From: a virus
Length of the DNA stretch: 51,290 nucleotides
Strand: one strand, 5' to 3'
Virus record (IMG/VR): IMGVR_UViG_3300009826_000027
A model generated the notes under the pieces. That model saw only the letters and a list, made by a program, of their open reading frames with translations. It searched no databases and was not told where the DNA came from. A program made the position numbers and the translations under genes. Within the stretch, counting starts at the first letter, position 1. Each line of letters starts with the position of its first letter. Of this stretch, positions 22,373 to 30,764 are shown piece by piece.

Positions 22373-23125
22373 CTAATAGTCTGTGCGACGTCTCCAACTA
22401 CGGCACAATGAAAATGTTGCGCGATTCGTGTAGAACAGCGTAAGCGTTTTCGGATGTGGGCCGATGCCTTTGACGAAATTGTCTCCGAATGCCGTGTTGC
22501 CATGAAGATCGAGCTCGACCGGGATCAATCGAGTCTCTTCATTTCTCTTAAATTTGCGGTTACTGGGCAACACAAGCGGTCCCTGGGCATGTTCGATTTC
22601 TTCTTCGTCTATACCAACTGGAATAATGTTTTGATCTGGAAACGCTGGGTCGGCCGGCACACCTTTCGGAAAACCATCAAACATTGTCATCGGGAAGATC
22701 GTTTCCGTCCGTACAAGTTTCACAGGATCCTGAAACAGACCGCACTTCTCGACCTGAATAAAGGTCGGATCCACGAAGATCTCATCCGGTAGCGGATGAT
22801 TAATATCTAGTGTGTAGTACGTGTCTGGTTCTAAACAGTCAGTGGCGCATTTTAGTATAAATGATTGTATACTTTCACTCACTCCAACTGGTACCGGTTC
22901 GCAGCATGGTCCGCGATCAAAGTGACTTTCGCCGATAAATTTGTCGGTATGGATCACGATTTGCGTCGTGTCAAGTCGACGCATTTTTTTTGGTTCGGGT
23001 CTAGGAAATCTGTAAAAATTAGTATTACAAATACAATGACCATGACCGCCACATCCACAGCGAGGTCTTTCTACTATTCTCGGATAATATCCGTACCCAG
23101 GGTTTCGAAGTGCTAAATGATGCAT
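22373..23125 (-). CDS. Hypothetical protein with a Cys/His-rich N-terminus (250 aa)
   Basis: ORF with GGAG ribosome-binding site. N-terminus contains RCGCGGHGHCICN. Confidence 0.55.
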   Translation of the reverse strand: MHHLALRNPGYGYYPRIVERPRCGCGGHGHCICNTNFYRFPRPEPKKMRRLDTTQIVIHTDKFIGESHFDRGPCCEPVPVGVSESIQSFILKCATDCLEPDTYYTLDINHPLPDEIFVDPTFIQVEKCGLFQDPVKLVRTETIFPMTMFDGFPKGVPADPAFPDQNIIPVGIDEEEIEHAQGPLVLPSNRKFKRNEETRLIPVELDLHGNTAFGDNFVKGIGPHPKTLTLFYTNRATFSLCRSWRRRTDY

Positions 23126-23281
23126 AATAAGTCTCCTTTTGAGTAAATTAAATAATATATACCCATCTGGAGAGGCCGAACATTCGGCTGCATGCTAATA
23201 TCCCGGGACCTTGTATTCGGCGCTACCCCTGATGGGGTGGTTAATTTACGCCCCGGACGCGTAAACTAACGCCAAAATAAA
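23126..23281 (-). other. Structured, comparatively GC-rich intergenic element (possible 5' leader or ncRNA)
   Basis: On the minus strand, nested helices can form: UUGGCG/CGCCGA enclosing UUUACGC-GUCCGGG-GCGUAAA and ACCCC-AUCA-GGGGU. These are followed by the palindrome UCCCGGGA and the helix GCCGAA/UUCGGC. The region contains no ORF. Confidence 0.35.
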
Positions 23282-23818
23282 TTAGGCCGGAACCCCAATA
23301 GAATGATCCCATGGGCGCCAATGATAACGTAGGTTAGACGCCTCTAGCCTTGCTGCATCGCGTTCATCTTTAACACGATCATAGCGATCTTGTTCGATCT
23401 TCTCGATGACTCGACGTTCCGATGCAGCAACTTCTGCCTTTACGGCAGACATCTGATCCATTGTGCGGAATTGATTTTGATCCATTTCTCGCGTAAGGAC
23501 CCATTTATTTTCGACAATCTCCGATTTGAGTGTTCCGTAATCGCGAAGTTGATCGCGTGAAATATCCCAATGTTCTTGATGATTATAGTCGTACGAGTAT
23601 GGTTTATGGCCCGTATCCATCATTTTGGCCGCCGCGAGTGGCATAAACGCATCCATAGCATTTGTATGTTGTGTTTGATGTCGATCGTTACGACCCCAAA
23701 GAAATACAAGCGCTAAGAATATAATAACTAGGGCAAAAATCCAACCCCAACCAAATGATTTATCATGACCTTCTGATTTGGTTATAACGGCTGGTACGCC
23801 GCCAATATCTGCAAACAT
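23282..23818 (-). CDS. Membrane protein with one TM segment and a coiled-coil C-terminus (178 aa)
   Basis: TM segment is GWGWIFALVIIFLALVFLWG. Confidence 0.55.
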   Translation of the reverse strand: MFADIGGVPAVITKSEGHDKSFGWGWIFALVIIFLALVFLWGRNDRHQTQHTNAMDAFMPLAAAKMMDTGHKPYSYDYNHQEHWDISRDQLRDYGTLKSEIVENKWVLTREMDQNQFRTMDQMSAVKAEVAASERRVIEKIEQDRYDRVKDERDAARLEASNLRYHWRPWDHSIGVPA

Positions 23819-23837
23819 AATATAATCTCCTTTCAGA

Positions 23838-24089
23838 TTACGTTGTCTTATTGAGTCCGAGGGAATTCACAAGATTTTTAGCATACTGCTCTATCTCGGT
23901 TGATGATTTCCCTTTTAGTTCGTTCCATATCGCGTGTTCTTTAACGTCTGGACGCTGCTGTTCGAGAAACCCCATGATTGCATCTGGACCACTACCCGAG
24001 GCACCCATTTCTAAAAGTTTATCTAGAAGGCCGGTGCCGCCCATAAACTTATTAAGTAGTAGCTTCACTATGGTTTGCAAATTTATCAT
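23838..24089 (-). CDS. Hypothetical small protein (83 aa)
   Basis: ORF. AAAGGAGGA lies 10 nt upstream of ATG 24089. Confidence 0.5.
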   Translation of the reverse strand: MINLQTIVKLLLNKFMGGTGLLDKLLEMGASGSGPDAIMGFLEQQRPDVKEHAIWNELKGKSSTEIEQYAKNLVNSLGLNKTT

Positions 24090-24693
24090 CTTTAGGCTTT
24101 CCTCCTTTAGCAGTATTTTTCAGGATCGAATCTGCTAGCCCTTTGATTCCGCCATCAATATTATCAAGCTTGTTGTTAAGATTGGTGATGGTGTCTAAAA
24201 GGAGCGACATAATTCCGTCCGGTAACCCTGAAGATTCCGCTTGTTGGTTGCTCGGAACCGATGTTTCATTGCTTTTCAATTCGAGCGGCATAGCGATACC
24301 AACGCTTGGATCATCGACTTCTGTTACTAATTTATATGTCTGAAAATTCGTAATGGCGGTTTTTAAATTAAGCTGTCTACAGTGTAAATATAATACCTCG
24401 CCATTCGTTTCCTTTTGTACAAAGATTTGGGTTTTACCAGAGGTGTCGGGCATATGATTGAGATCGATCTCATTTTTTGAACCGACGACAAAGACGGGAA
24501 CTGATGAAGCTTTTTTTTCTGTCTCAATCTTTTCTGGTAAGAAGCCTTCCGATTTATTCTCATCCGAAGACTGTATAAATGGATCGGGAATCGCAATCCA
24601 CCCAAATTCTCTATCGTATACATATCGAGCATTAGGTGCTGCCTGCATCGGGGAACGTCCGTACCCACCATAAGGTGATTGCAATTTCGTCAC
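24052..24693 (-). CDS. Hypothetical protein (213 aa, GTG start)
   Basis: ORF preceded by AAGGAAGGA. No recognisable motif. Confidence 0.55.
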   Translation of the reverse strand: MTKLQSPYGGYGRSPMQAAPNARYVYDREFGWIAIPDPFIQSSDENKSEGFLPEKIETEKKASSVPVFVVGSKNEIDLNHMPDTSGKTQIFVQKETNGEVLYLHCRQLNLKTAITNFQTYKLVTEVDDPSVGIAMPLELKSNETSVPSNQQAESSGLPDGIMSLLLDTITNLNNKLDNIDGGIKGLADSILKNTAKGGKPKDDKFANHSEATT

Positions 24694-24855
24694 TCCTTCC
24701 TTAAGTTAGATTTTGATCCTGAGCGGGGATTATCTTTTGTCTCTACTCACCATCCTTTACTACTATGTAGTCTCGACAGAACTCACTAGAAGTGGAACTA
24801 TCACTGACTTTAAAGTATTATGTCGACGCATCACCCTCTCCAATTAATATATTAA

Positions 24856-25911
24856 CTAAACTAGATCGTCATTATAATAATCATAAAGTCGATCTAGTTT
24901 TTGTTCGATAATACGAAGGCGTTCGATGTCCTCTAAAAGTTTACGTTCTACCACCTGTTCAAAATATAATGAAACCCTATACATGGTATAAACCAGCATT
25001 AGGCCTATCAGAACTGGGAAAAATTGAGAAATATAGAAAGGTATTGTAAAGCGAGCAGCAACATAAAACATGGCAGCCGCTGTTAATGTGCATAATATAA
25101 TCGGTTTTAGATGTTTGCGTTGAGAGATGATCATTCCATGGCAGATGAATGAAGTCGTTATAATAAGTGCGTCAAAAAATAAATTATCTAGGTTCGCGAC
25201 CCACAGGATAAACATCCACTGTAAGATTTGTACGACTAAAATAACAGACTTCATTATCCACTTTTCGAATCTATTTATACCGAGAAAAGATTCTGAAGTT
25301 TGCGCTTTAACTTTACAGCTTTCATCGCGAGTCCGTTCATTTCGGATTCGTCGGGGAAAAACCACATACTCCAACCTGTGCCCATGCGCATATACACCTC
25401 CGATCAAATATAAAAGTAAAAATAGAAGGGCGTTATCTATTGATAATCGAATCGCTTGATAAAACGATGCGTATACACATAAATCGACGCCTCTAGTGAT
25501 CGAGCATAATAATTGAAACATTAATACTACGGTAATATGTATACCGAGTCTGAAATAGGCCCATTTTCCTAATTTTTTAACAGCAATATAGCCGACCATT
25601 ACTACGGCTGGCAATGGTCCAGTAAATAAAAATGCCGGTAACCATATAGACCCGATCGCACTCATCAACACCAATGGTATGGCGCCATATAACACTTTCC
25701 AGTTGTAAATATTCAATACAAACCCGATAAAAAGACAAATATTTAACAAAAGTAATATATAGGCGATGCTATAGGAGATCCAGTCGGGAGTGGATATATA
25801 TCCGATAATAATAAAACCTTCAAAACCAAGATGCCATGCGATAAAACTGAATAGTGTAATCATACCAAACAAAAGACTAGTGATTTGTAATACTCTTTTT
25901 ATATTTAACAC
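24856..25911 (-). CDS. Polytopic integral membrane protein (about 9-10 TM segments; start uncertain)
   Basis: Hydrophobic segments occur throughout, and the C-terminus is a charged helix. The function cannot be recognised. Confidence 0.6.
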   Translation of the reverse strand: MLNIKRVLQITSLLFGMITLFSFIAWHLGFEGFIIIGYISTPDWISYSIAYILLLLNICLFIGFVLNIYNWKVLYGAIPLVLMSAIGSIWLPAFLFTGPLPAVVMVGYIAVKKLGKWAYFRLGIHITVVLMFQLLCSITRGVDLCVYASFYQAIRLSIDNALLFLLLYLIGGVYAHGHRLEYVVFPRRIRNERTRDESCKVKAQTSESFLGINRFEKWIMKSVILVVQILQWMFILWVANLDNLFFDALIITTSFICHGMIISQRKHLKPIILCTLTAAAMFYVAARFTIPFYISQFFPVLIGLMLVYTMYRVSLYFEQVVERKLLEDIERLRIIEQKLDRLYDYYNDDLV

Positions 25912-26188
25912 TTTTCAATTTTTCCTTTCGTATTGGTTTATTGACCGCATGTTTGGTTGATATATACCCCAATGCCTTGTCAACCCTTATAATAAGGTGT
26001 GACAATGAATCATCGGCTAAAATTCGACCGCTAACGCGCTCGAAATCATTAGCCGCCACTTCTTTATCGTATACAAATAAGTCAAATAACTTTTCAAAAT
26101 CGTGTTGTTGTTTTTCTCGCCAACGAATTAAAAACGACGCGATAATAATAACCGCGATCGCCAATATGATCGATAATGCGTAGATCAT
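25877..26188 (-). CDS. Single-TM small protein (103 aa)
   Basis: N-terminal TM segment is IYALSIILAIAVIIIASFLI. Confidence 0.5.
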   Translation of the reverse strand: MIYALSIILAIAVIIIASFLIRWREKQQHDFEKLFDLFVYDKEVAANDFERVSGRILADDSLSHLIIRVDKALGYISTKHAVNKPIRKEKLKSVKYKKSITNH

Positions 26189-26457
26189 GATAGATTCTTT
26201 TTGATATACATTAATGCTGTTTTATAGCAAGTTTTGGCAGTTTGATGGCATCCATTAGCAGTTAATGCTAATACAACAGCTAACCAGCCGACATCACTTA
26301 CCGTCATTGACGAATCCGAAAGTATCGTCATGGAAATGCTATATATTAATGATAGTATACTGCATAATATTTGCGGAGATACGTCATATTTATATAGTAG
26401 TTTTTTGATTAGTTGTGTAATACCACTGATTATACATGCCGCCGTGACTAATTCCAT
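26185..26457 (-). CDS. Putative holin (90 aa, 2-3 TM segments)
   Basis: The call rests on small size, multiple TM segments, a charged C-terminus (KKNLS) and a position after the fibre genes. No adjacent endolysin is present. Confidence 0.4.
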   Translation of the reverse strand: MELVTAACIISGITQLIKKLLYKYDVSPQILCSILSLIYSISMTILSDSSMTVSDVGWLAVVLALTANGCHQTAKTCYKTALMYIKKNLS

Positions 26458-26813
26458 TATGATTCCTCCTTCGTATATAACAAATGGTCACGTACCGGTA
26501 ATTGCATCACTATAGTCACCAAAGCTTTCACACCGCCATTACCGCCCAATTTTTTATATGGAACGATAAGGTTATTTTGTAAATTAACCAATTCGTCTTT
26601 TGTTATGTATCCCTTTTTTATATAGGATTCGCAAAGATAGGAAATGCGATCGTGCGCACTTCCTATGAGAAGTTTGGTCTTCCAATCCCATCGTTCCATG
26701 ATTTTGTGCAACAACATCCAAAATCCGCCCGAACCCATGATCACGCCAAACACGATTAACACTAGTGTCTGTGTGCTGAGTTCGGAAGTTGTATATATTA
26801 TTTCACTAGGCAT
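26457..26813 (-). CDS. Single-TM protein (118 aa), possible holin partner
   Basis: TM segment is TLVLIVFGVIMGSGGFWMLL. Overlaps the next gene by 1 nt. Confidence 0.4.
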   Translation of the reverse strand: MPSEIIYTTSELSTQTLVLIVFGVIMGSGGFWMLLHKIMERWDWKTKLLIGSAHDRISYLCESYIKKGYITKDELVNLQNNLIVPYKKLGGNGGVKALVTIVMQLPVRDHLLYTKEES

Positions 26814-26851
26814 AAAATTACACTTCTTCCTGCTCTGTATTAAATATCTAC

Positions 26852-27157
26852 TTACCTGGATATAAAAGCATTTACTTGTTCGGATATATATAACTTTATT
26901 TGCTCGCTAATATCCGGAGGCGGATCGTCCACTAAAATTTTTGGAGGGGTTGGGTTTTTTTGGACGGCGATTAATGTATCATTTTTAATAGTTATCTCTA
27001 TCCAAGGTAAATATAAAAGCGCCACGTCTTCTAGTTCTTTTGGAACTTCTATCCATCCTACTGGGAGTTCATAATCTTTTAACCATGATACTCCTTCATA
27101 TGCGCCATTTTGGGCGCGTGCAATATTAATGATTAGTATTTCATTAGTATCTAACAT
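26852..27157 (-). CDS. Hypothetical protein (101 aa)
   Basis: ORF. AAGGAG lies 8 nt upstream. Confidence 0.5.
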   Translation of the reverse strand: MLDTNEILIINIARAQNGAYEGVSWLKDYELPVGWIEVPKELEDVALLYLPWIEITIKNDTLIAVQKNPTPPKILVDDPPPDISEQIKLYISEQVNAFISR

Positions 27158-27169
27158 ATTTTTTTCTCC

Positions 27170-28639
27170 TTAGGTGCCTGTAAAATTGAATGCTATAGCA
27201 CAATAAGCTTGTCCTGCTGTATTATATACATTCCTATCAGGTAAACTCGGACCCCCAATTACGGGCAATACCGTTCGCGGAGTAAATCGCATTGAGTTTG
27301 GCGGTAAATCTGGAAATGCAGTGGACCAATCTATGCTACCGACAGTATCGAATCCGCGCTCTGCTATTAAGTAACGCGAGGCAGGTCTGGTAGCGATTAA
27401 TGTATCCCGACTCAGCCATGTACCTATGTGGGATAATGGTTCTTGTACGGGACGAATGATTATTACTGACGGATAGAAAGCGAATGTTAATGTGCGACTC
27501 ATTTCGTCCGTACCGATATATGTTAGTGATTGAATGCGTATACTATGTGCCGCGCGCTCAATATTTAATCGATGAGTAACCAATTCGTGAAGTCTAGCCG
27601 GACTCCAATCCCTAGGCGTCAAGCCATTGTTCGAAAGTATTGTGGGCGGAAATGTTGTCGCTTCTATGTTTGTGGCAGACCACCGATTAGTTCCCATTAT
27701 TATAAAAGCGTCGACTCCAGCGTTAAATTCCAACCAATATACACCACCAGCCGCGAATTCACCGACTTCGGGTCTTGGATCCATCCCACTACCCCCAGAT
27801 CCCCAATGACTCCTAATGGGCACTGGGCGTACGCCATTAATATTTATAGTGATGTCCCGAACCGTATTACTTGTACCCGCTCGCACAGGAAATCGCAGTC
27901 CATCGACATACGCGGATAACGGAAATGTTGTGCTGCCGGTATACACGTTGGCCGATCCACCAAGGAGTATAGGCGTTTGTCGCCCTTCTAATGTTTGTAT
28001 TCTATTTAGCAGCATAGTTGCCACATCGTCGCCCATGATAGCCATAACTTCGGCGAACCATACATTAAACGCGAACTGCGATTCTTCGAACCATACGTCA
28101 AAATGTGCCTGCCACTGGTCCCATAAACTCTCTATTGTGTGAGTCTGTATAATGCCGGTAACAAATGGCATTCTTGGGGTACCGACTAAAATGTTAATAT
28201 CTAGCGCTGTAAATGCCGAGGCATTTGGTCGTACGGTGATGTCAGCCAATGGCCACTGGTTAACTAATTCAGATCGGACAAGAGTCGGCGGCTGAGGCGT
28301 AGATGCAGGGATGCCTTGTATTACTCGTATTCTGTTCCCCCGAACATTTTCTTCGTGATTTACCTCAATACATACCGTATCGATACGTGGTAACGTGACA
28401 TCGGGCGGAGTAATATTAATTGGAAATGGAGCACTATTATGGTTCCAGGTTTTACTTAACCACGCGCGACCAGTATCCACAACTACTTGTAGTCCATCGC
28501 CCGGGCGCGTAGCAAAAATATTCTCAACCGCCGCATATACGCCATCTCGTATCAAACCGTCAAAAACATTTTGGAAATGCTCCGCATTATAACGTCTATC
28601 GCCCCCAACAGAATTATAAAAACCAAATGTAAATGCCAT
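27170..28639 (-). CDS. Tail fibre / receptor-binding protein (489 aa)
   Basis: The call rests on position after Dit and the Gp37-like gene. By recollection, the N-terminus MAFTFGFYNSVGGDRRYNAEHF..DGVY is typical of Firmicutes phage fibre proteins. Confidence 0.5.
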   Translation of the reverse strand: MAFTFGFYNSVGGDRRYNAEHFQNVFDGLIRDGVYAAVENIFATRPGDGLQVVVDTGRAWLSKTWNHNSAPFPINITPPDVTLPRIDTVCIEVNHEENVRGNRIRVIQGIPASTPQPPTLVRSELVNQWPLADITVRPNASAFTALDINILVGTPRMPFVTGIIQTHTIESLWDQWQAHFDVWFEESQFAFNVWFAEVMAIMGDDVATMLLNRIQTLEGRQTPILLGGSANVYTGSTTFPLSAYVDGLRFPVRAGTSNTVRDITININGVRPVPIRSHWGSGGSGMDPRPEVGEFAAGGVYWLEFNAGVDAFIIMGTNRWSATNIEATTFPPTILSNNGLTPRDWSPARLHELVTHRLNIERAAHSIRIQSLTYIGTDEMSRTLTFAFYPSVIIIRPVQEPLSHIGTWLSRDTLIATRPASRYLIAERGFDTVGSIDWSTAFPDLPPNSMRFTPRTVLPVIGGPSLPDRNVYNTAGQAYCAIAFNFTGT

Positions 28640-28685
28640 GATTAATTCTCCTTTGTTTTCAGGAAATACTCCCCTGGGGTATTTT

Positions 28686-29813
28686 TTAGATATCGAATTC
28701 CATTTCTTCAGCGAAGGTGAAAGTTGGAATCGTATGAAAACCTGTGCCGTCCATCGATCTTATAAGTTCAGTGACTCTAGCAGCCTCACTAATGCCGAAT
28801 TCGTTCATTACTTGGACGCGATCCCCCATACGAAAATCTCTCCCAAAAATGAATTGGCGTGTCGCATCGACGTCGCCTTCAAACGCTTTAGTAATTCGAG
28901 TTGTAGACAAATGTTGCTTGCCGCGATAGACGATATGGTCTATATATTCTTCCATAGGAATCTCTATACGATTACCTTCGTCGTCTGTTATATTGCGCGA
29001 CACATCGGTCGCATTAACGAAAGTTTCTCTACGATTTAATCCCGTGGCCGTGCCGACAGAAGCTAAAACTCTATCTGCATATTGGCCTTCGCCGCCGACT
29101 CGTGCGACATTCTTAAATGTCTTTTTAGACTCAATGTAATTGCTCGTTAAAAGATTGTCATATTCAGGACTAAAGATAATAAAATTATTATCATACTGAT
29201 CATAATGTCGATCGACGCCTTTATATAATTCAAAAATATATCCGGTTGCGCCATCTGGTAAAATTCGCCAACCGACTTCTTCTACCGCACAGAGACTATT
29301 TATTACTGTATATAAGTCTTCGCCTAAGAATTGAGCGTCGATTTCAAGAGATGTAATTGCTGGGTCGATACTCTCCCGGAAAATAAAGTTAGGTATTATT
29401 CGTGAATCGTCTTCGGGAGCTATAATGTTTTCTAATAGTAATTTATGTATCCCATTTTGAAAGTTTCCAGTCAAAATCGTATGATTCCAAATGACGCGTC
29501 TATCTAATATAGATTCGAGAGATCTTCCTCTGACTATAAGTTTTGCAGACTCATCATCTTCTATCATTACGTCAGTCTTCACCTCGATCGCCTCGAGGAT
29601 CATCATTCGTTCTGACCAGTCGATTGCCAAATAATTATTCGCCTGTAAATATGTTAACAGTGCAGGGTTTACAGGCATATATAGTTCAAAATCGCCAGCA
29701 CCTCTATATCGTTCTGTCCAGATAAAGGATTCGAAAATATCCATTATCGATAGATTATTTCTATGCTCATCTAGGATCCAACCATACATGACTTCTTGAT
29801 GTTCATATCGCAT
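28686..29813 (-). CDS. Siphovirus Gp37-like tail (baseplate/Tal-position) protein
   Basis: Lies directly downstream of Dit. The N-terminal pattern ...DIFESFIWTERYRGAGDFELYMP... resembles the Sipho_Gp37 family. Confidence 0.5.
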   Translation of the reverse strand: MRYEHQEVMYGWILDEHRNNLSIMDIFESFIWTERYRGAGDFELYMPVNPALLTYLQANNYLAIDWSERMMILEAIEVKTDVMIEDDESAKLIVRGRSLESILDRRVIWNHTILTGNFQNGIHKLLLENIIAPEDDSRIIPNFIFRESIDPAITSLEIDAQFLGEDLYTVINSLCAVEEVGWRILPDGATGYIFELYKGVDRHYDQYDNNFIIFSPEYDNLLTSNYIESKKTFKNVARVGGEGQYADRVLASVGTATGLNRRETFVNATDVSRNITDDEGNRIEIPMEEYIDHIVYRGKQHLSTTRITKAFEGDVDATRQFIFGRDFRMGDRVQVMNEFGISEAARVTELIRSMDGTGFHTIPTFTFAEEMEFDI

Positions 29814-29815
29814 AG

Positions 29816-30748
29816 TTAAATCCCTCTAAATGCGATCTGATAGTCGAATCGCATAATTAAGGCGTCCGCCTCGTTGCTTGTGTCGAACGTGAAAACATTA
29901 TCTCCTGGAGTAAGTTGAAACCAATTAGCACCTCTATCGAGCGCGCCTATAATATTATAAAATATTCCTTGACGTAAAAGTTGAACTCCACGTCGCCCTC
30001 GAGTTGTAGTGATGATTATTTGATCATTGAGGGCTAGTTGCTGTCCTGTAATAGCTGTGACGCGTGACGCATTAATCGTCATTGTCTCTTGTGTCAGGAC
30101 ATTGAATATTTGTATAGTTCCTCCTAAAAGGGGACCTAGCATTGTCACTGTAATTGTAATGCCTGTATCGGCGTCACCTTCATATAAAACATCCGCTCTA
30201 TTATCGAACACTATATCGCCCATGATGAGTAAGTCTTCTGTGAGACTTTCATTCGAAAAGGGGAATTCGAACATAGGCTGAACGCCGGTAAATACGCTAT
30301 GTCCCATTCCCAATGCATAAAAGAATGGATCGGGGCATACTACTGAGATTTGAATCGTTTGTTGCTTAGAAAAAATCTCAGGTGTATTAGTTTCGACAAA
30401 TCCATATGTCTCGACGAGTCGATTCCGCGTTTGAAACTCTAACTTTATTCGTCTACCGGTTGGAAAAAAACGATAAACTAAAAGTCTTGCGTCTTCTACT
30501 GTCGGAGCAAACATAGGCTTAATCGTCAATGTGATATTTCGTTTTTGTATTCTAGCCGAATTAAAGAAGGCTCCATCGCCCACTGCTAAATCGGTGGTAT
30601 TGATGGTGGCATTCGCTGGACCGAGGCCTTCTATTCTAAATATAGCAAGGCCTCCGGATCGCTCGGGGTTGGTCAGAATCATCTTATGAGACTGACCGTC
30701 TGGATTAGTAATTCGCACCCAGTTTATCTTTTGATATGGAAACGCCAT
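29816..30748 (-). CDS. Distal tail protein (Dit)
   Basis: Immediately follows the tape measure. ATG 30748 (MAFPYQKINWVRITNPDG...) is preceded by AGAGGGGG. The longer track ORF overlaps the tape-measure gene. Confidence 0.6.
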   Translation of the reverse strand: MAFPYQKINWVRITNPDGQSHKMILTNPERSGGLAIFRIEGLGPANATINTTDLAVGDGAFFNSARIQKRNITLTIKPMFAPTVEDARLLVYRFFPTGRRIKLEFQTRNRLVETYGFVETNTPEIFSKQQTIQISVVCPDPFFYALGMGHSVFTGVQPMFEFPFSNESLTEDLLIMGDIVFDNRADVLYEGDADTGITITVTMLGPLLGGTIQIFNVLTQETMTINASRVTAITGQQLALNDQIIITTTRGRRGVQLLRQGIFYNIIGALDRGANWFQLTPGDNVFTFDTSNEADALIMRFDYQIAFRGI

Positions 30749-30764
30749 CCAGATACCCCCTCTT

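Noticed and set aside
23126-23281. Possible tRNA or tmRNA in the structured intergenic region
   Set aside because: There is no cloverleaf arm order and no T-loop (GTTCRANNC) or D-loop consensus. Only two hairpins lie inside the closing helix.
19838-28639. Diversity-generating retroelement acting on the fibre or collagen genes
   Set aside because: No reverse transcriptase ORF exists in the genome. The repeats are in-frame cassette duplications, not a template/variable repeat pair with adenine-specific differences.
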